A DNA stretch of 64,000 bases from Bdellovibrio sp. (lineage in GTDB: Bacteria; Bdellovibrionota; Bdellovibrionia; Bdellovibrionales; Bdellovibrionaceae): assembly GCA_014376435.1 (NCBI GenBank), contig JACMRL010000022.1, positions 44,634 to 108,633 on the forward strand, given 5' to 3'. The notes under the pieces are model-generated. The model made no database searches, was not told where the DNA came from, and was given only the letters and a program-made list of their open reading frames with translations. Position numbers and translations under genes: made by a program. Below are positions 62,818 through 64,000 of the stretch, piece by piece. The stretch's first letter is position 1; each line of letters opens with the position of its first letter.

Positions 62818-64000
62818 ATGATAAATACAACGCAAGTAACTCTGGCAGCTGATCAAGAAATTTCCCAACTCATCCAAAAAGAATCGGTTCGGCAGCAAGA
62901 CGGATTAGAAATGATCGCTTCTGAAAATTACGCTTCTAAAGCCGTCATGGAAGCACAAGGTTCCATTCTTACCAACAAATACGCCGAAGGTTATCCAGGT
63001 AAGCGCTACTACGGTGGTTGCGAGTTCGTGGATGGAATTGAAATTTTAGCCATCGAACGTGCAAAAAAACTTTTTAGCGTAGGCTTTGCAAACGTTCAAC
63101 CGCACGCGGGTTCACAGGCAAACATGGCCGTATACATGGCCAGCATGAAGCCAGGCGAAACAATTCTGGGAATGGATTTATCGAACGGTGGGCATTTAAC
63201 TCACGGCAGTCCGGTTAACTTTAGCGGGCTTATTTATAAAGCCGCTTCTTACAAATTAGATTCTGAAACAGGTTTACTAAATTACGATTCGATCATGTCG
63301 ACCGCAAAAGAAGTAAAACCTAAATTATTGATCGCGGGTTACAGTGCTTATCCCCGTCATTTGGATTTTGCTAAATTTCGCGAAGTTGCTGATGAAGTTG
63401 GGGCCGAGCTATTAGTAGACATGGCTCACTTTGCGGGGCTTGTGGCTTCGGGCCATCATCAATCACCCGTTCCTTTTGCTGATTATATAACGTCGACGAC
63501 GCACAAAACTTTACGTGGTCCTCGCGGCGGAATTATTTTAACAAATACCGAAGAGAAATCTAAGTTAGTTAATTCTAGAATTTTTCCAGGCATCCAAGGC
63601 GGACCTCTAGAACATATCATTGCGGCTAAAGCGGTGGCATTTGGGGAAGCTTTAAAACCAGAATTTAAAACTTACATTGATCAAGTTTTAAAAAATGCAA
63701 AAGTTCTTGCCGAAGAATTAATGAAAGAGGGTTTTTCATTAGTGACTGGCGGAACCGATAATCACTTGATGCTTTTAGATTTAAGTCAAAGCAAGGGCTT
63801 AGCCGAATTAACCGGTAAAGTAGCCGAACACGCTTTAGATGAAGCCGGTATTACCGTTAATAAAAATACGGTACCAAATGAAAAACGTTCTCCGTTTGTG
63901 ACCAGTGGAATCCGTATCGGAACTCCGGCCTTAACGACGCGTGGAATGAAAGAAACCGAAATGAAAAAAATTGGTCAGTGGATCAGCCAAGTATTAAAAA
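62818..64000 (+). CDS. glyA: serine hydroxymethyltransferase (C-terminus beyond window end)
   Basis: Hand translation from the ATG at 62818 gives [38 protein letters not shown].... The PLP site [14 protein letters not shown] appears later. The ORF is open-ended, so it is absent from the track. Confidence 0.9.
   Translation, partial: MINTTQVTLAADQEISQLIQKESVRQQDGLEMIASENYASKAVMEAQGSILTNKYAEGYPGKRYYGGCEFVDGIEILAIERAKKLFSVGFANVQPHAGSQANMAVYMASMKPGETILGMDLSNGGHLTHGSPVNFSGLIYKAASYKLDSETGLLNYDSIMSTAKEVKPKLLIAGYSAYPRHLDFAKFREVADEVGAELLVDMAHFAGLVASGHHQSPVPFADYITSTTHKTLRGPRGGIILTNTEEKSKLVNSRIFPGIQGGPLEHIIAAKAVAFGEALKPEFKTYIDQVLKNAKVLAEELMKEGFSLVTGGTDNHLMLLDLSQSKGLAELTGKVAEHALDEAGITVNKNTVPNEKRSPFVTSGIRIGTPALTTRGMKETEMKKIGQWISQVLK

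Overview
This is a 64-kb AT-rich bacterial chromosomal window with tightly packed genes. The backbone is housekeeping: a thiolase fragment, miaB, guaB-guaA, dnaE, lipB, arfB, one tRNA-Val(GAC), ttcA, an MscS channel, ilvE, a yfgM-like gene with bamB, a Leu/Val-type dehydrogenase, an ABC importer, and yceD-rpmF-fabH-fabD-fabG-acpP-fabF-rpiB-glyA. Many lineage-specific signal-peptide or lipoprotein ORFs are interspersed, including a trypsin-like protease and a TolB-M28-PDZ fusion. The gene content suggests a Bdellovibrio-like or other deltaproteobacterial-type organism, but that is inference only. I saw no rRNA, no CRISPR array and no transposase gene. Five things deserve a second look. (1) An accessory islet at about 39.4-43.4 kb holds a HicB-like/excisionase-HTH gene divergent from a tyrosine recombinase, separated by a perfect 25-bp inverted repeat. 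The same islet holds a 996-bp transposase-less cassette with 22-bp terminal inverted repeats and a 9-bp direct duplication, followed by about 0.5 kb of apparently decayed non-coding DNA. (2) At 29.3-34.3 kb an operon encodes two tandem ~740-aa paralogues followed by an RDD-like membrane protein. Each paralogue has a signal peptide, a Cys-patterned ectodomain, one TM helix and a Cys/Pro-rich tail, and I cannot assign them to any family. (3) A secreted 299-aa protein has motif spacing resembling the H-Y-E (PARP/diphtheria-toxin-like) ADP-ribosyltransferase core. (4) A secreted 436-aa protein has Fam20-like kinase-type motifs. (5) There are two toxin-antitoxin-like pairs with palindromic operators: RelE/HigB-XRE, and an unusual minimal nucleotidyltransferase paired with a BrnA-like RHH protein. 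All family assignments rest on motif recognition by eye and need profile or structure searches.
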